Below, piece after piece: positions 49,300 to 60,174 of a stretch of DNA of 64,000 nucleotides. The stretch lies in contig CAVPCR010000005.1 of NCBI GenBank assembly GCA_963702435.1, positions 32,001 to 96,000 of the forward strand, in the 5' to 3' direction. Within the stretch, counting starts at the first letter, position 1. Each line of letters starts with the position of its first letter. This stretch comes from Candidatus Eiseniibacteriota bacterium. Lineage in GTDB: Bacteria > Eisenbacteria > RBG-16-71-46 > CAVPCR01. A program made the position numbers and the translations under genes. Below the pieces are notes generated by a model. That model saw only the letters and a program-made list of their open reading frames with translations, was not told where the DNA came from and ran no database searches.

Positions 49300-50127
49300 A
49301 TGCAGATCCTCGGACTTGTCCTCAAGATGTCGATCGCCGCTCTCGTCTTCGCCACCGGGCTCAAGGCCTCACCGGATGACATCGCCTGGTTGTGGCGGCG
49401 CCCGGCCCTCCTCCTCAAGGCGTTCCTCGCGATGTACGTCGCGGTCCCGCTCGCGGCCATCCTGATGGTGCGCACGCTCGATCTGCCCGCCGGGACGGAG
49501 ATCGCGATCGTGGTGCTCGCCATCTGCGCCGGGGCGCCCCTCCTGCCGCGGAAGCTCGTCAATCTCGGCGGCGACCCCCGGTACGCGATCAGCCTGGTCG
49601 TGGCCACCTCGCTCCTCGCGGTCCTGGCCGTTCCGGCCTGGCTCCACATCCTCGGGAGCTGGCTTGCGATCAACACGTCGCTGGCACCCGTCGATATCGC
49701 GCGGATTCTCGCCAAGACCTTCCTCGCGCCGCTCGGCGCCGGCCTCCTCGTCCGCGCCGTCGTCCCCGGGATGGCCAGAGCCGGCGATCATCTCCTCAGG
49801 CTGGCCATGATCGCGCTCGCCCTGTGCGCCATCGTGCTCCTCGTCGCCCTGCGGCACGAGGTCGTGGCTCTCGGGCTCCCCTCGTTTCTCGCGTTCGCCG
49901 GCCTCGCTCTCGCCGGGATCGCGGCGGGACACCTGCTCGGCGGGCCGGATCCGTCCCACCGCACCTCGCTCGCCGTCTCCTGCACGACGCGCCACATCGG
50001 CCTCGCGCTCCTCATCGCCGCCAGGGCCCCCAGCCCGCGCGTGCTCGCCTTCGTGATCGCCTACGTGCTCGCGACCGTCCTCGTCTCGATCCCCTACGTC
50101 AGGTGGCGGCAGCGGACCAGTAGCTGA
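49300..50127 (+). CDS. Bile acid:Na+ symporter (BASS)-like membrane protein
   Basis: About nine hydrophobic segments, with CAGAPL, GHLLGGP and LAVSCTTRHIGLA. Confidence 0.75.
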   Translation: MQILGLVLKMSIAALVFATGLKASPDDIAWLWRRPALLLKAFLAMYVAVPLAAILMVRTLDLPAGTEIAIVVLAICAGAPLLPRKLVNLGGDPRYAISLVVATSLLAVLAVPAWLHILGSWLAINTSLAPVDIARILAKTFLAPLGAGLLVRAVVPGMARAGDHLLRLAMIALALCAIVLLVALRHEVVALGLPSFLAFAGLALAGIAAGHLLGGPDPSHRTSLAVSCTTRHIGLALLIAARAPSPRVLAFVIAYVLATVLVSIPYVRWRQRTSS

Positions 50128-50153
50128 CCCGGACTCCGGGCAGCGGCCGGCCG

Positions 50154-51512
50154 CTAGACCGGGCCCCCGTGACACCGGTAGAACTTCTTCCCGCTTCCAC
50201 AGCTGCACGGCGCATAGCGCCCGCCCGCGGCGTCCCGCGCCTTGATCCAGGCCATGACCTCCGGCGCCGGTCGCCCGGCCCTGATGAGGCGCGCCATCTC
50301 CTCCATCGCCGGGCGGTAGTGCGTGAAGAAGAGCTTGAGCCCCGCACAGAGATAGTTCTGGCCCGGCTCCCCGTCGTCGGCGGTCGCGAAGCGGTCCTTC
50401 GGACAGCCGCCGTTGCAGAGAGCCAGCACCTCGCACTCCCGGCACTGCCGGGTGAGCGTGTCCCACTTGTCGCGCCCGAACTTCTGCTGCGCCGGCGAGG
50501 CGATGAGCTCGAGCATGGGCGTCTCGTGGATGTTGCCCAGTCGATACCCGGGCTCGACGTAGTGGTCGCACGAGTAGAGATCCCCGCTGTGCTCGAGCGC
50601 CGGGCCCAGGCCGCAGGTCGGCGCATGGATGCACAGCTTGTAGGAGCCGAAGTGGGCCTCGAGTGTGACGTCGAACATCTGCACGTAGACCCGCCCCACA
50701 TCGTGCCGCACCCACTCCTCGAAGACATCGATGAGGAAGCGGCCGTACTGCTCGCCGCCGATCGAGCGCCCGGTGACCAGCGAACCGGTCTGCGTGTAGA
50801 GAAGCCGCTTCCGTCCGGGCTGCGCGCTCCAGCCCAGGTTCGCGATCGGCAGCGTCTCCGGAGTGGCCCGCTCGATGATCGGGATGAACTGGATCCACTC
50901 CGCCCGGAGCTCATCCCGGAAGAACGAGTACACGCGGCGGCCGTGATCGCCGTTGGCGGCGTTCACCGTGCACAGGATGTTGTGGGCCACGCCGTGCCGG
51001 CGGAGACAGCGCCAGCCCGCCATCACCCGGTCGAAGGTGCCCTGCCCGCCCCGATCGACACGGTAGACGTCGTGGATTTCCTTGGGTCCATCGACGCTCA
51101 GCCCGACGAGGACGTCGTGCTCCTTGAGAAAGGCGCACCACGCGTCGTCGAGGAGGACACCGTTGGTCTGGAAGGTGTACTCGACCGCTTGCCCGGGCCG
51201 GCGGTACTTCGCCACGAACTCGACCGAGCGCTTGAAGAAGTCGAGCCCCATGAGCGTGGGCTCGCCTCCCTGCCAGGCCACGGTCACGGTCGGGGTGCGA
51301 TGCGACTCGAGGAGCTGGCGGATGTAGGCCTCGAGCGTGGCCTCGGACATCCGCTGTCGATCGTCGGGATAGAGCGCTTCCTTGGACAGGAAGAAGCAGT
51401 AGGTGCAATCGAGATTGCAGGTCGAGCCGCTCGGCTTCGCGAGGAGGTGAAAGCGGGGCGGCAGCGCGGGGGCGGCGGGGGCGATCCGGAGATCCGGGGT
51501 CTGGGAGTTCAC
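50154..51512 (-). CDS. Anaerobic sulfatase maturase (radical SAM/SPASM, C-terminal SEC-C)
   Basis: KPSGSTCNLDCTYCFF, WQGGEPTL, QTNG, YSCDHYV, CxxC...CNGGCPKDR and CSCGSGKK. Confidence 0.93.
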   Translation of the reverse strand: MNSQTPDLRIAPAAPALPPRFHLLAKPSGSTCNLDCTYCFFLSKEALYPDDRQRMSEATLEAYIRQLLESHRTPTVTVAWQGGEPTLMGLDFFKRSVEFVAKYRRPGQAVEYTFQTNGVLLDDAWCAFLKEHDVLVGLSVDGPKEIHDVYRVDRGGQGTFDRVMAGWRCLRRHGVAHNILCTVNAANGDHGRRVYSFFRDELRAEWIQFIPIIERATPETLPIANLGWSAQPGRKRLLYTQTGSLVTGRSIGGEQYGRFLIDVFEEWVRHDVGRVYVQMFDVTLEAHFGSYKLCIHAPTCGLGPALEHSGDLYSCDHYVEPGYRLGNIHETPMLELIASPAQQKFGRDKWDTLTRQCRECEVLALCNGGCPKDRFATADDGEPGQNYLCAGLKLFFTHYRPAMEEMARLIRAGRPAPEVMAWIKARDAAGGRYAPCSCGSGKKFYRCHGGPV

Positions 51513-51632
51513 GGTCGGGTCGCGCTCCTTCGGGGGGAACCGAGCAATGAAAACGGCTGCGGCCAGGGCAGGCGCCGCCCCTTCCCTGCTCGGGACAGGG
51601 GCGGCACCTCTTCTCCCTCGAGGGCGAGGCGG

Positions 51633-53138
51633 CTACGCGCCGCCGCTCGCCCCCTCTTCCATCTTCGCGATCACCTGGTCCAGGCTGAAGCTCGCCGCCT
51701 TCTGCCGCGGCGGAAACTCCCTGAAGGTCCCAAGGAACTCGGCGACGAGCGCCTGGGCGGGCACGAGCAGATAGACATGGCGGAACATCCAGTCGTAGAA
51801 GGTGTTCGACGTGAGCTGCGCCCGCTCGTACGGGTCCATGCGCAGGTTGAAGATGTACGGCGTGCGTAGCGTCACGAACGGCTCCTGCCAGATCTTCAGC
51901 GTGCCCTCGACGCGCTGCTCCAGGAACAGCATCTTCCAGTTGTCGTACCGCAACGCCGCGACGTCGCCGTCGTCGGTGAAGTAGATGAAGCCCTTGCGCG
52001 GGCTCTTCTTCTCCTTGCCGGTGAGGTACGGGAGCAGGTTGTAGCCGTCGAGATGCACCTTGAACGTCTTCGCACCGACCTGGTGGCCCTTCTTGAGCTT
52101 GGCCGCGACGTCGGGCTCACCCGCGGCCGCCAGGATGGTCGGGAACCAGTCCAGGTGGCTGACGATCTCGTTCGAGACCGATCCGGCCGGGATGCGTCCC
52201 GGGAAGCGCACCATACAGGGCACGCGGTACGCGCCCTCCCAGCTCGTGTTCTTCTCGCACCGGAAGGGGGTCATGCCCGCATCCGGCCAGGTGTTCATGT
52301 GCGGCCCGTTGTCGGTGCTGTATTGCACGAACGTGTTGTCGGCGATGCCGAGCTCGTCCAGGAAGTCGAGCATCTCGCCGATGTGCTTGTCGTGATCGAT
52401 CATCACATCGTGGTACTCGGACTGCCAGCGGCCGGACTGGCCGCGGCTCTCCGGTTTGACGTGCGTCCAGGCGTGCATGTGCGAAGTGTTGAACCACACG
52501 AAGAACGGCTCGCCGGCATCGTGAGCGGCCTTGATGAACTTCTTGGCGGCGGCGAGGAACTCCTCGTCGCACGTCTCCATCCGCTTCTTGGTCAACGGGC
52601 CGGTGTTCTCGATTTTCTGGCCGCCCTTGCCGTCAGCCCAGCAGTGGAGCACCCCCCGCGGTCCGAACTTCTTCCTGAACTCGGGGAAGTCCTTCGGGTT
52701 CGGGTAGTCCACATCCTCGGGTTCCTCCTCGGCGTTCAGGTGGTACAGGTTGCCGAAGAACTCGTCGAAGCCGTGCATGGTCGGCAGGTGCTCGTCGCGG
52801 TCGCCGAGGTGGTTCTTGCCGAACTGGCCCGTGCGATAGCCGAGCGGCTTGAGCGCCTCGGCGATGGTGATGTCCTCGGCCTTGAGCCCGAGTTCCGCGC
52901 CGGGCAGGCCCACCTTGGTGAGGCCGGTGCGCAGGCCGCACTGGCCGGTGATGAACGAAGAGCGTCCCGCCGTGCAGCTCTGCTCGGCATAGGCATCGGT
53001 GAAGATCATCCCCTCGTTGGCGATGCGGTCGATGTTGGGCGTCCGGTAGCCCATCATCCCCTTCGTGTAGCAGCTGAGGTTTGACTGACCGATGTCGTCG
53101 CCCCACATGATCAGAAAATTGGGCTTCTTGTCTGCCAA
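51633..53138 (-). CDS. Arylsulfatase (Cys-type formylglycine sulfatase), no signal peptide
   Basis: KPNFL..WGDDIG, TPNID, SCTAGRSSFITG, GKNHLG and STDNG. Confidence 0.93.
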   Translation of the reverse strand: MADKKPNFLIMWGDDIGQSNLSCYTKGMMGYRTPNIDRIANEGMIFTDAYAEQSCTAGRSSFITGQCGLRTGLTKVGLPGAELGLKAEDITIAEALKPLGYRTGQFGKNHLGDRDEHLPTMHGFDEFFGNLYHLNAEEEPEDVDYPNPKDFPEFRKKFGPRGVLHCWADGKGGQKIENTGPLTKKRMETCDEEFLAAAKKFIKAAHDAGEPFFVWFNTSHMHAWTHVKPESRGQSGRWQSEYHDVMIDHDKHIGEMLDFLDELGIADNTFVQYSTDNGPHMNTWPDAGMTPFRCEKNTSWEGAYRVPCMVRFPGRIPAGSVSNEIVSHLDWFPTILAAAGEPDVAAKLKKGHQVGAKTFKVHLDGYNLLPYLTGKEKKSPRKGFIYFTDDGDVAALRYDNWKMLFLEQRVEGTLKIWQEPFVTLRTPYIFNLRMDPYERAQLTSNTFYDWMFRHVYLLVPAQALVAEFLGTFREFPPRQKAASFSLDQVIAKMEEGASGGA

Positions 53139-53237
53139 CAGGTCCTCCTATCTCCAAATGGTTATCCGGCCCTGACGTTCAGTGGGGGCTACTTCGACCA
53201 TCCTGAGCACGCTGCACCGCCCGGGCGCAGCGGGCGG

Positions 53238-53765
53238 TCAGCGATCCCTGGGCCCCGCCTCCGGTTCTCGCGCCTCCCGCCTCTCCCGCGCCTGCGCCAC
53301 GCGCTGGAAGGCGAGCACCACGGCCGCGATGGCAACGATGACGAGGGCCACGCCGACTCCGAGATCGAGGATCCCCGCCTCCTCACCCCGGCGGCCGGCG
53401 ACGGCGCCGAGGAAGAGGATGGCCAGCATGACCACGACGACGGCAACCAGGTTCGCCTTGAGTTCCTCGAGGTTGCCGGCGGACAGCCAGCCCGGGAGCG
53501 GGATCCCGGGATCGATGAAGAGCTGATAGAGGCCGATCGCGGTGACCAGGAGAATGGTCCCCAGCAGGAAGAGATCGACGATCTCGATCATCTCGAGGCT
53601 CAGGAGCCGCGCCCCCTCGGCGTTGAACTGCGCCCGGGTGAACGCCTCCCCGATCATGGTCGCCGTGGTGATCGCCCCGAACACGAGCACGGCGCCGGCG
53701 GCCGCCAGGAGTCCCAGGACGGCGAGCACGACGACATAGCGGGATAGACGGAGCAGCGACCTCAT
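53238..53765 (-). CDS. YqhA (UPF0114) family membrane protein
   Basis: SRYVV..AV.G, VDLFLLG and GLYQLFI...P.WL...LEELK. Confidence 0.82.
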   Translation of the reverse strand: MRSLLRLSRYVVVLAVLGLLAAAGAVLVFGAITTATMIGEAFTRAQFNAEGARLLSLEMIEIVDLFLLGTILLVTAIGLYQLFIDPGIPLPGWLSAGNLEELKANLVAVVVVMLAILFLGAVAGRRGEEAGILDLGVGVALVIVAIAAVVLAFQRVAQARERREAREPEAGPRDR

Positions 53766-53792
53766 GGGTTGTCTTCCTCGTGTTTCGCCTTC

Positions 53793-54158
53793 TCAGCCGA
53801 CCAGGACGTTCACGAAGGCGGCAGCCCCGAGCGCCCACAGGAGAGCAGTGAAGACCAGGGCGAGCGGCCGCGGCCGCTCGCCGAGCCGGCGCATGAACTG
53901 GCCGTGCTGCACGATCGCGAAGAACATGGCGATGAGACCCATGCCGATCAGGATCAGACCGACCGCACGCGGTTCTCTCTTCGGCATGAAGGCCTGCTCA
54001 CCGGCGAGCCCCTGCAGGAACTTGAAGAGGGTGAACCCGAAGCCGATGAGCGAGATGGCGGTGCGCACCCAGGCCATGAGCGTCCGCTCGGACGCCATGA
54101 CCGTTCGCTGGATCGCCAGGTGGGTGGCATCGGCGGCTTCTGGCTTCATCGGCCGCAC
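53793..54158 (-). CDS. DUF202 (YidH-like) membrane protein
   Basis: LA..RT.MASERTLMAWVRTAISLIGFGF. Confidence 0.85.
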   Translation of the reverse strand: MRPMKPEAADATHLAIQRTVMASERTLMAWVRTAISLIGFGFTLFKFLQGLAGEQAFMPKREPRAVGLILIGMGLIAMFFAIVQHGQFMRRLGERPRPLALVFTALLWALGAAAFVNVLVG

Positions 54159-54394
54159 TCTACATCACCGCCCGCCATGCGTCCAATGCATGAAGCTGAT
54201 GGTCCTGATGCCCTCCGCGATGGAATTCGATCCCCTGCTCTTGCGCCACGTCGCGGTCCTGGCCGAGTCCGGCCGTTCGTCGACCATCATGATGCTGGCA
54301 CGGACCAGGTTGTCGCCACGGCAACCGGCGCGGGTTTGACCGGTCCGGAGCTGCCTGGTACCCTCGATGAAAGACTCGGACGATGGAGGGCGTC

Positions 54395-56228
54395 ATGAAT
54401 GCGTCCCTGGCAACAACCCCCGCGCTCTACCGGGCGGTGCTCCCCTGGCTTGGCAGAACGCTGGCGCTCGCCCTAGCCCCTGCCCTCACCCTCACCCTCG
54501 TTCCCACCACCACCGCCACCGCCGCCGCCATCGACGCGGCGCTCGGGGATCAGCTCTCCGCTCTCGCCGACACCGCCCACGTGCCGGTGCTCATCTTCCT
54601 CACCAGCCAGACGCCTCTCGGAGAGATCGACGCCGAGCTCCGCGCCGAGGCCGCAACGCGAGCTGTCCGCCACGAACGCGTGATCGCCGCGCTCAAGGCC
54701 ACGTCAGAGAGGTACTCAGGGACCGCTCCTCGCCGACCTCGCGGCGCGGCAGGCGCGCGGGGAGGTGAGCGGATTCACGCCCTACTGGATCGCGAACGTG
54801 GTGGCGGCGAAGATGGGTGCCGCCGCCGTGCGCGAGATCGCACGGCGCTCCGATGTCGGCCTGGTCGCTGCCGACTCGCGTGTCACGCTCGCGGCAGTCC
54901 CCGGGAGCTCCGGGAGCGCGGGCCCGATGGCGATCGCCGGCGCCACGCCCGGCCTCCGCGCCATCAACGCGCATCGCGTCTGGCACGAGCTCGGGATCAC
55001 CGGTGCCGGACGCATCGTCTGTGGTCTCGATACCGGGGTGATGGGCAGCCACCCGGCGCTCGCCGCGCGCTGGCGCGGCGCCGAGCCCGGGATCCCGTGG
55101 CAGTGGGCCTGGTACGACCTGCTCGGCGGGAACACGCAGTTCCCGGTCGATCCGAACGGCCACGGTACGCACACGATGGGCACCCTCATCGGACTCGCCG
55201 CCGCCTCGAACGACACCCTCGGTGTCGCCTTTGGCGCCCGCTGGATCGCCTGCAACGCGATCGGCCAGGCAGTCGGCCCCGCATTCAACAGCGATGTGAT
55301 CGCAGCCTTCCAGTGGATCGCCGATCCCGATGGCGACCCGCAGACGATCGCCGATGTGCCGGACGTGGTGATGAACGCCTGGCGCGTGAACGAGCAGCTC
55401 GGATACCCCGACTGCGATGCGCGCTGGTGGGGGGCCATCGACGCCTGCGAGGCGGCCGGCTGCGCGGTCGTGTTCTCGGCCGGCGGCGACGGGCCCGGCG
55501 CGCGGACGATCGGCTCCCCGGCCGACCGCATCACGACCCCGACCAATGCCATGGCGATCGGCGCCGTGAGCGCCCAGGCGGGCGAGACCTTCCCCTACGC
55601 GATCGCGCCCTTCTCGAGCCGCGGGCCGTCGGGATGCGACGGCGTGACGAAGAAGCCCGAGGTGGTGGCACCCGGGGTCAACATCCTCTCCTCGACCAAC
55701 AACGGGTCCTATGCCTACTGGAGCGGCACCGCGATGGCCGTTCCGCACGTCGCGGGAGTGATCGCCCTCATGCGCGAGGCCGATCCCGATCTCGACGTCG
55801 CAACTGCGAAGCAGATCCTGCTCGACACGGCGCGCGACGCCGGCACGCCCGGCGAGGACAACACCTACGGCTGGGGCGTGATCGACGCCTACGCCGCCGT
55901 GAGTCGCGTGCTCGCCGCCCAGGGAATAGCGAGCGGCAGCTCGCCGGCGGCCGGGCGCCTCGAGCTTGCGGTGCAACCGAACCCCTTCCGTCCCGGCGCC
56001 GCCATGCGCTACGCCGTCCCCGCCCGCGGCCGGGTGGAGCTCCACGTTCTCGACGTGCAGGGTCGTTCGGTGAGGACCCTGCTCGATGACGTCGTCGAGG
56101 CCGGCGAGCACCGCGTGCTCTTCGACGGCCGGAACGACCGGGGCGACGAGCTCCCGAGCGGCACCTACTTCCTCCGTCTCCGGGCCGGCGGTCTCACGGC
56201 CACGGAGAAACTGGGCATCATCCGGTAA
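54395..56228 (+). CDS. Secreted S8 subtilase-like protein with a FlgD-Ig CTD, catalytic Ser replaced by Ala, one frameshift near 54715
   Basis: LDTG and GHGTHTMG are intact, but SAGG replaces SAGN and GTAMA replaces GTSMA. PNPF CTD. The signal peptide and propeptide lie in the upstream frame. Confidence 0.8.
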
Positions 56229-56359
56229 GACCTGCAAGAGAGGTGGTAGCGCCGCTTCTCGGCAAACTCGATGCGCTGATTCATCGCTTGTGGTAGAATC
56301 AGCGTGCTTCTGCGCAACCCCTGAAGGGCTGAAGGACGACTACTTTCCCGGAGCTCGTC

Positions 56360-58645
56360 ATGCAGCGCTTTCTGTCCGTCGCCTTCCTCCTCCTGATCGG
56401 GGTCACTCACCCCTCAAGCACGCTCGCATCCCGGGCGTCGATCACCGGCCTCGTGCGTGACGCCGAGACCGCCGGGCTCCTCCCGGGTTCCGTGGTCGAG
56501 GTCGCCGATTGCGCCCGCGCCACCGCGACCGACTCGACCGGCCGCTACCTCCTCGGCGACCTCGCGCCGGGCTCCCACGAGATCACGGTCCGTCGCATAG
56601 GCTATGCGCCGCGTTCGTTCGAGGCTCTCGTTCCCGAAACGGGGAGCCTCGAGATCAATGTGGCGCTCACCCCGGAGCCGATCCGGATGGCGGCCCAGGA
56701 AGTGCGCGCTCCGGTGCTCGTCCGCGGCGCCGACGGCGGTGAGACGAGGGCGTTCCCGGATCGCGAATCCTCGATGACCGCAGTGCGGAACCACCCGCTC
56801 TCGAGCGAGCCCGATGTTCTCCCGGCCCTCGGCGGCGGCGAGGTCGTGCTCGACCCGGAGTCGCCCAACGGCATGCACGTCCGTGGCGGGTCGGCGGACC
56901 AGACCGCCTATCGGCTGGATGGGATTCCCCTTCTCAGCCCCTATCATGCCGCCGGGATTGCGAGCGCCCTCAATCCGGATGCGCTCTCCCAGGTCGCCCT
57001 CGAGTCGACGGCCCCGGCGCTCGCCTCCTCCCACGCCCTTGCGGGAACGGTCGACGCAACGACGCGGGCGCCGGGCGCCCAGCTCCGCACTCAAGGCAGC
57101 GTGAGCACGACGCAGGCCCGCGTGACGCTCGACGGGCCGCTCGGCGCCGGCGGGGCCGGCTACGTGGTGAGCCTGCGCACGGGACTCCAGGATGCGCTCG
57201 CGCCGCGGGACGAGGCGTCCTACATCGACAACCGGACGGCCGATGGACTCGCCAAGATCGAGGCCCCGGCCTGGGGCGGACGCCTGAGCGTTCTCGGGTA
57301 TGACAACGGGAACGAGCTCGGATCGGCAATCACGGCGAACTCGGAGGAGACCACGGGCGGCGATCCCGGGCGCAATGCATTCGCGTGGCACAGCCGATCG
57401 CTCGGCGCCGCGTGGAGCCGCGCCTTCACGAGGACTGCGGTTTACGTGCGTGGCTACGCGGTGACCGGCGACGCCGAGGCCTCCTGGGCCGCCCTCGTCG
57501 GACGGCTCGACATGACCGCGGTCCGGCGCGACCGCGGCTTCGTCGCCGGCGCCGAGCGCATCTCCACCTGGGGAACGTCCGCCGGGGAGGTGCGCATCGA
57601 GAGCATCTCGACATCGTATCGGGTCGATTCCGACTCCACCGCGGCGCCGGTCCTCCAGATGGCGGCGAGGACCCCGGTGGCGACCTTGAGCGGCTGGCAA
57701 TCCTTCGCCGCAGCACCCGATGTCGATCTCACGCTCTCGGCCGCGCTGGCCACGACGCGTGGCGCATGGCACGCGAGTCCGGGCGCCGAGGTCCGCTGGC
57801 GACCCCGAAGCGCGGTCACCCTGACCGGTCGCTATGCCCGGGCCCACCAGTTCGCGCAGTCGCTCCGCAACGCGGAGTCGGTGGTCGGGACGATGTTCCC
57901 CGTGGATCTGTACATCGGAGCGGGCGCCCCGCGGGTCCCCGTGGCCAGGAGCGATCTGGGGCTCATCGCCGCGGAGTACCGTCCCCGCACGAGCCTGCGT
58001 TGCGGCATCCAGGCGTACGCCCGGGCCGCGGACGGGCTCGTGCTCGTGGCGCTGCGCGAGAGCGAACCGTTCGCGACCGGCCAGTTCGAGATCGGCTCCG
58101 GCACGGCGCGCGGCATCGCCGCCGACGTCGCCCTGAGCGCGGCACGCTACGGGATCGTCTTGAGCTACGGGTACCAGGAGGTCCGTCTCGCGAGCGCGGA
58201 GACGAGCTACGTTCCCCAGCACGGGGCCCGGCACCTGGTCGAGGGAGGAGTGACCGCCCTGGTGACCCCCTCCCTCTCCGCTCGCGTCGGGGCCATGGCC
58301 GCGCTCGGACGCCGCACGACGACCGCGGCCGGCGGTCTCGAGTGGGAGGCCTGCAACCTCCTCGATTTCGGCTGCGAGTTCGCAGGCCATCCGCATTACG
58401 ACGGCGCAGCCCTCGGGGCGGCCAGACTGCCCCTCTACACCCGCGTGGACCTCGGCGTCCGCAAGCACTGGCAGCTCGAGATCGGGGCACGCGATGTGCA
58501 GCTCGCGGTGTTCGGAACGGTCACCAATCTCCTCGGACGTAAGAACACCATGACCTATGTCCGGGACGGCGCCGGCGGCGATCCGGTCGAGATCGAGATG
58601 CGGCCCCCGTCCCCGCTCGTCGTCGGGCTCGACTGGCGGTTCTGA
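56360..58645 (+). CDS. TonB-dependent receptor-like outer-membrane protein
   Basis: Signal peptide, carboxypeptidase-regulatory-like N-domain (ITGLVRD...TDSTGRY), plug VRGGSADQ...LDG, RLPLYTRVDL, NLL and terminal WRF. Confidence 0.8.
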   Translation: MQRFLSVAFLLLIGVTHPSSTLASRASITGLVRDAETAGLLPGSVVEVADCARATATDSTGRYLLGDLAPGSHEITVRRIGYAPRSFEALVPETGSLEINVALTPEPIRMAAQEVRAPVLVRGADGGETRAFPDRESSMTAVRNHPLSSEPDVLPALGGGEVVLDPESPNGMHVRGGSADQTAYRLDGIPLLSPYHAAGIASALNPDALSQVALESTAPALASSHALAGTVDATTRAPGAQLRTQGSVSTTQARVTLDGPLGAGGAGYVVSLRTGLQDALAPRDEASYIDNRTADGLAKIEAPAWGGRLSVLGYDNGNELGSAITANSEETTGGDPGRNAFAWHSRSLGAAWSRAFTRTAVYVRGYAVTGDAEASWAALVGRLDMTAVRRDRGFVAGAERISTWGTSAGEVRIESISTSYRVDSDSTAAPVLQMAARTPVATLSGWQSFAAAPDVDLTLSAALATTRGAWHASPGAEVRWRPRSAVTLTGRYARAHQFAQSLRNAESVVGTMFPVDLYIGAGAPRVPVARSDLGLIAAEYRPRTSLRCGIQAYARAADGLVLVALRESEPFATGQFEIGSGTARGIAADVALSAARYGIVLSYGYQEVRLASAETSYVPQHGARHLVEGGVTALVTPSLSARVGAMAALGRRTTTAAGGLEWEACNLLDFGCEFAGHPHYDGAALGAARLPLYTRVDLGVRKHWQLEIGARDVQLAVFGTVTNLLGRKNTMTYVRDGAGGDPVEIEMRPPSPLVVGLDWRF

Positions 58646-58655
58646 TCCCCGCGCC

Positions 58656-58686
58656 TGTCACAAACCCGGCGGGTGTCGGGTTCCTT
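58656..58686 (+). promoter_or_regulatory. Putative ECF promoter (autoregulatory)
   Basis: TGTCACAAA-N15-GTTCCTT. The same arrangement occurs at 60099. Confidence 0.55.
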
Positions 58687-58781
58687 CCGTGGAGGCCGGG
58701 GCGAGGAGTCTTGGGGGGGAACCGCCCCCCGAACGCGAAACCGCCGGGCCCGGTCCGGCACCGGCGGGAGATCGGCTAGCG

Positions 58782-59312
58782 GTGGGCACTTCGTCTTCGT
58801 TCCAGGACCGATTCGAGGAGCTCTTCACCGCGCATTTCCACCGGCTCTGGCGATTCATGGATCGTCTGACCGGCGAGCCGGATCTGGCGGCCGACCTCGT
58901 GCAGGATGCGTTTCTCAAACTCCTCGAGCGGGGCTCGCTGCCGGATGCGCCGGAGTCATGGCTGATCACCGTCACCCTGAACCTCTTCCGGAACCAGAGA
59001 ACGACCCGCGCCCGCCGTGGCCGGCTCCTGACGCTGGCGCGGGCCGCGGAGATCCAGGGCGACCCGGCGCCCGCTCCCGATCAGGTCGCGATGGCCGGCG
59101 ACTCACGCCGCGGGGTGCGCGCCGCGCTCGAGCGGTTGCCCGAGCGGGAGCGGGCGCTCCTCCTGCTCAGGGCCGAGGGCTACAGCTACCGCGACCTCGC
59201 GGCGGCCCTCGACCTGAACGAAGCCAGCATCGGAGTGCTGCTCGCGCGCGCCAAGCGCGCGTTCCGCGCTCACTACGAGGACAAGGAGGGCGCCGGTGAC
59301 GCACCTCGATGA
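58782..59312 (+). CDS. ECF sigma factor
   Basis: FEELF..HF.RL...ADLVQDAF...WL..V..N and ALERLPERER..LLLR.EGYSYRDLA. The start is approximate. Confidence 0.88.
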   Translation: MGTSSSFQDRFEELFTAHFHRLWRFMDRLTGEPDLAADLVQDAFLKLLERGSLPDAPESWLITVTLNLFRNQRTTRARRGRLLTLARAAEIQGDPAPAPDQVAMAGDSRRGVRAALERLPERERALLLLRAEGYSYRDLAAALDLNEASIGVLLARAKRAFRAHYEDKEGAGDAPR

Positions 59313-60078
59313 AGAGCAGGTGCAGCGTGTCCTGCACGGCGAGCTGGCCGGCACGGAAGATGAGGGCTCGCGCGCGCACCTCGCCTCCTGCGCCACCTGC
59401 AGGGAGCGGGTCGCGGCGGCAGAGCGGGAGGAGAACGAGATCCACGCGCTCCTCGGCTCGCTCGATCACGAGCCGCCCCCGATCCACGCTCGGGCCTTCA
59501 CCGCCGCCGCCGCTCATGCCGCCCGCAGCTCTCGCGCCGCCTGGCGCCGGCGCGCCGCGGGGCTCCTCGTCGCGCTCGGCGCCGCCGGCGCGGCGTATGC
59601 GCTCCCCGGCTCGCCGGTGCCGGGATGGGTGGACTCGGTGGTCGAGCGGCTCGGATCCCTCGCCGATTCATCGGCGCGCCGCCCGGCGGCTCCCGCCCCG
59701 GCCGCGACGGAGCCCGGCCTGGGTCCTCAAGAGGCCACGACGGAGAGCCGGAGCGGCATCGCGGTCGACCCGGGGAGCTCGCTCCTCATCCTGTTCACGC
59801 GGGCACAGGACGAGGGGCAGGTCGAGGTCGTGCTGAGCGACGGCGTCTTAGTCCAGGTGCTGGCGCCGGCCGCTGCGGCCTCGTTCACATCGGATGTGAA
59901 TCTCCTCCGGATCGAGAACGCGGGCACCGCGGCCCAGTTCAGGATCGAGATCCCGCGGGCCGCGCCCCGGGTCGAGATCCGGGTGGCCGGGAAGCGCATC
60001 TTCCTCAAGGAGGGCCCGCGCATCACGGCGGAGCCCGCGGCCGCGCGCGGTTCCTACGTCCTGCCGCTCGCTCCCTGA
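59296..60078 (+). CDS. Zinc-finger (zf-HC2) membrane-anchored anti-sigma factor
   Basis: HLASCATC motif, one transmembrane segment and a periplasmic beta domain. Overlaps the sigma gene. Confidence 0.8.
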   Translation: MTHLDEEQVQRVLHGELAGTEDEGSRAHLASCATCRERVAAAEREENEIHALLGSLDHEPPPIHARAFTAAAAHAARSSRAAWRRRAAGLLVALGAAGAAYALPGSPVPGWVDSVVERLGSLADSSARRPAAPAPAATEPGLGPQEATTESRSGIAVDPGSSLLILFTRAQDEGQVEVVLSDGVLVQVLAPAAAASFTSDVNLLRIENAGTAAQFRIEIPRAAPRVEIRVAGKRIFLKEGPRITAEPAAARGSYVLPLAP

Positions 60079-60098
60079 GCCAGGGCGCGCGGGCTCGC

Positions 60099-60129
60099 TG
60101 TCACAAATCGCTCCCCTCCCCTGCTCCCT
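60099..60129 (+). promoter_or_regulatory. Putative ECF target promoter
   Basis: TGTCACAAA-N15-GCTCCCT, upstream of the lipoprotein gene. Confidence 0.55.
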
Positions 60130-60174
60130 CTTCGCGGTCCGAACGATCTCGATCGGACCGGAAAGGGGGATCCG

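Noticed and set aside
49300..54158. Sulfatase, maturase and membrane-protein cluster as a novel system
   Set aside because: This is a common, well-known arrangement with canonical motifs.
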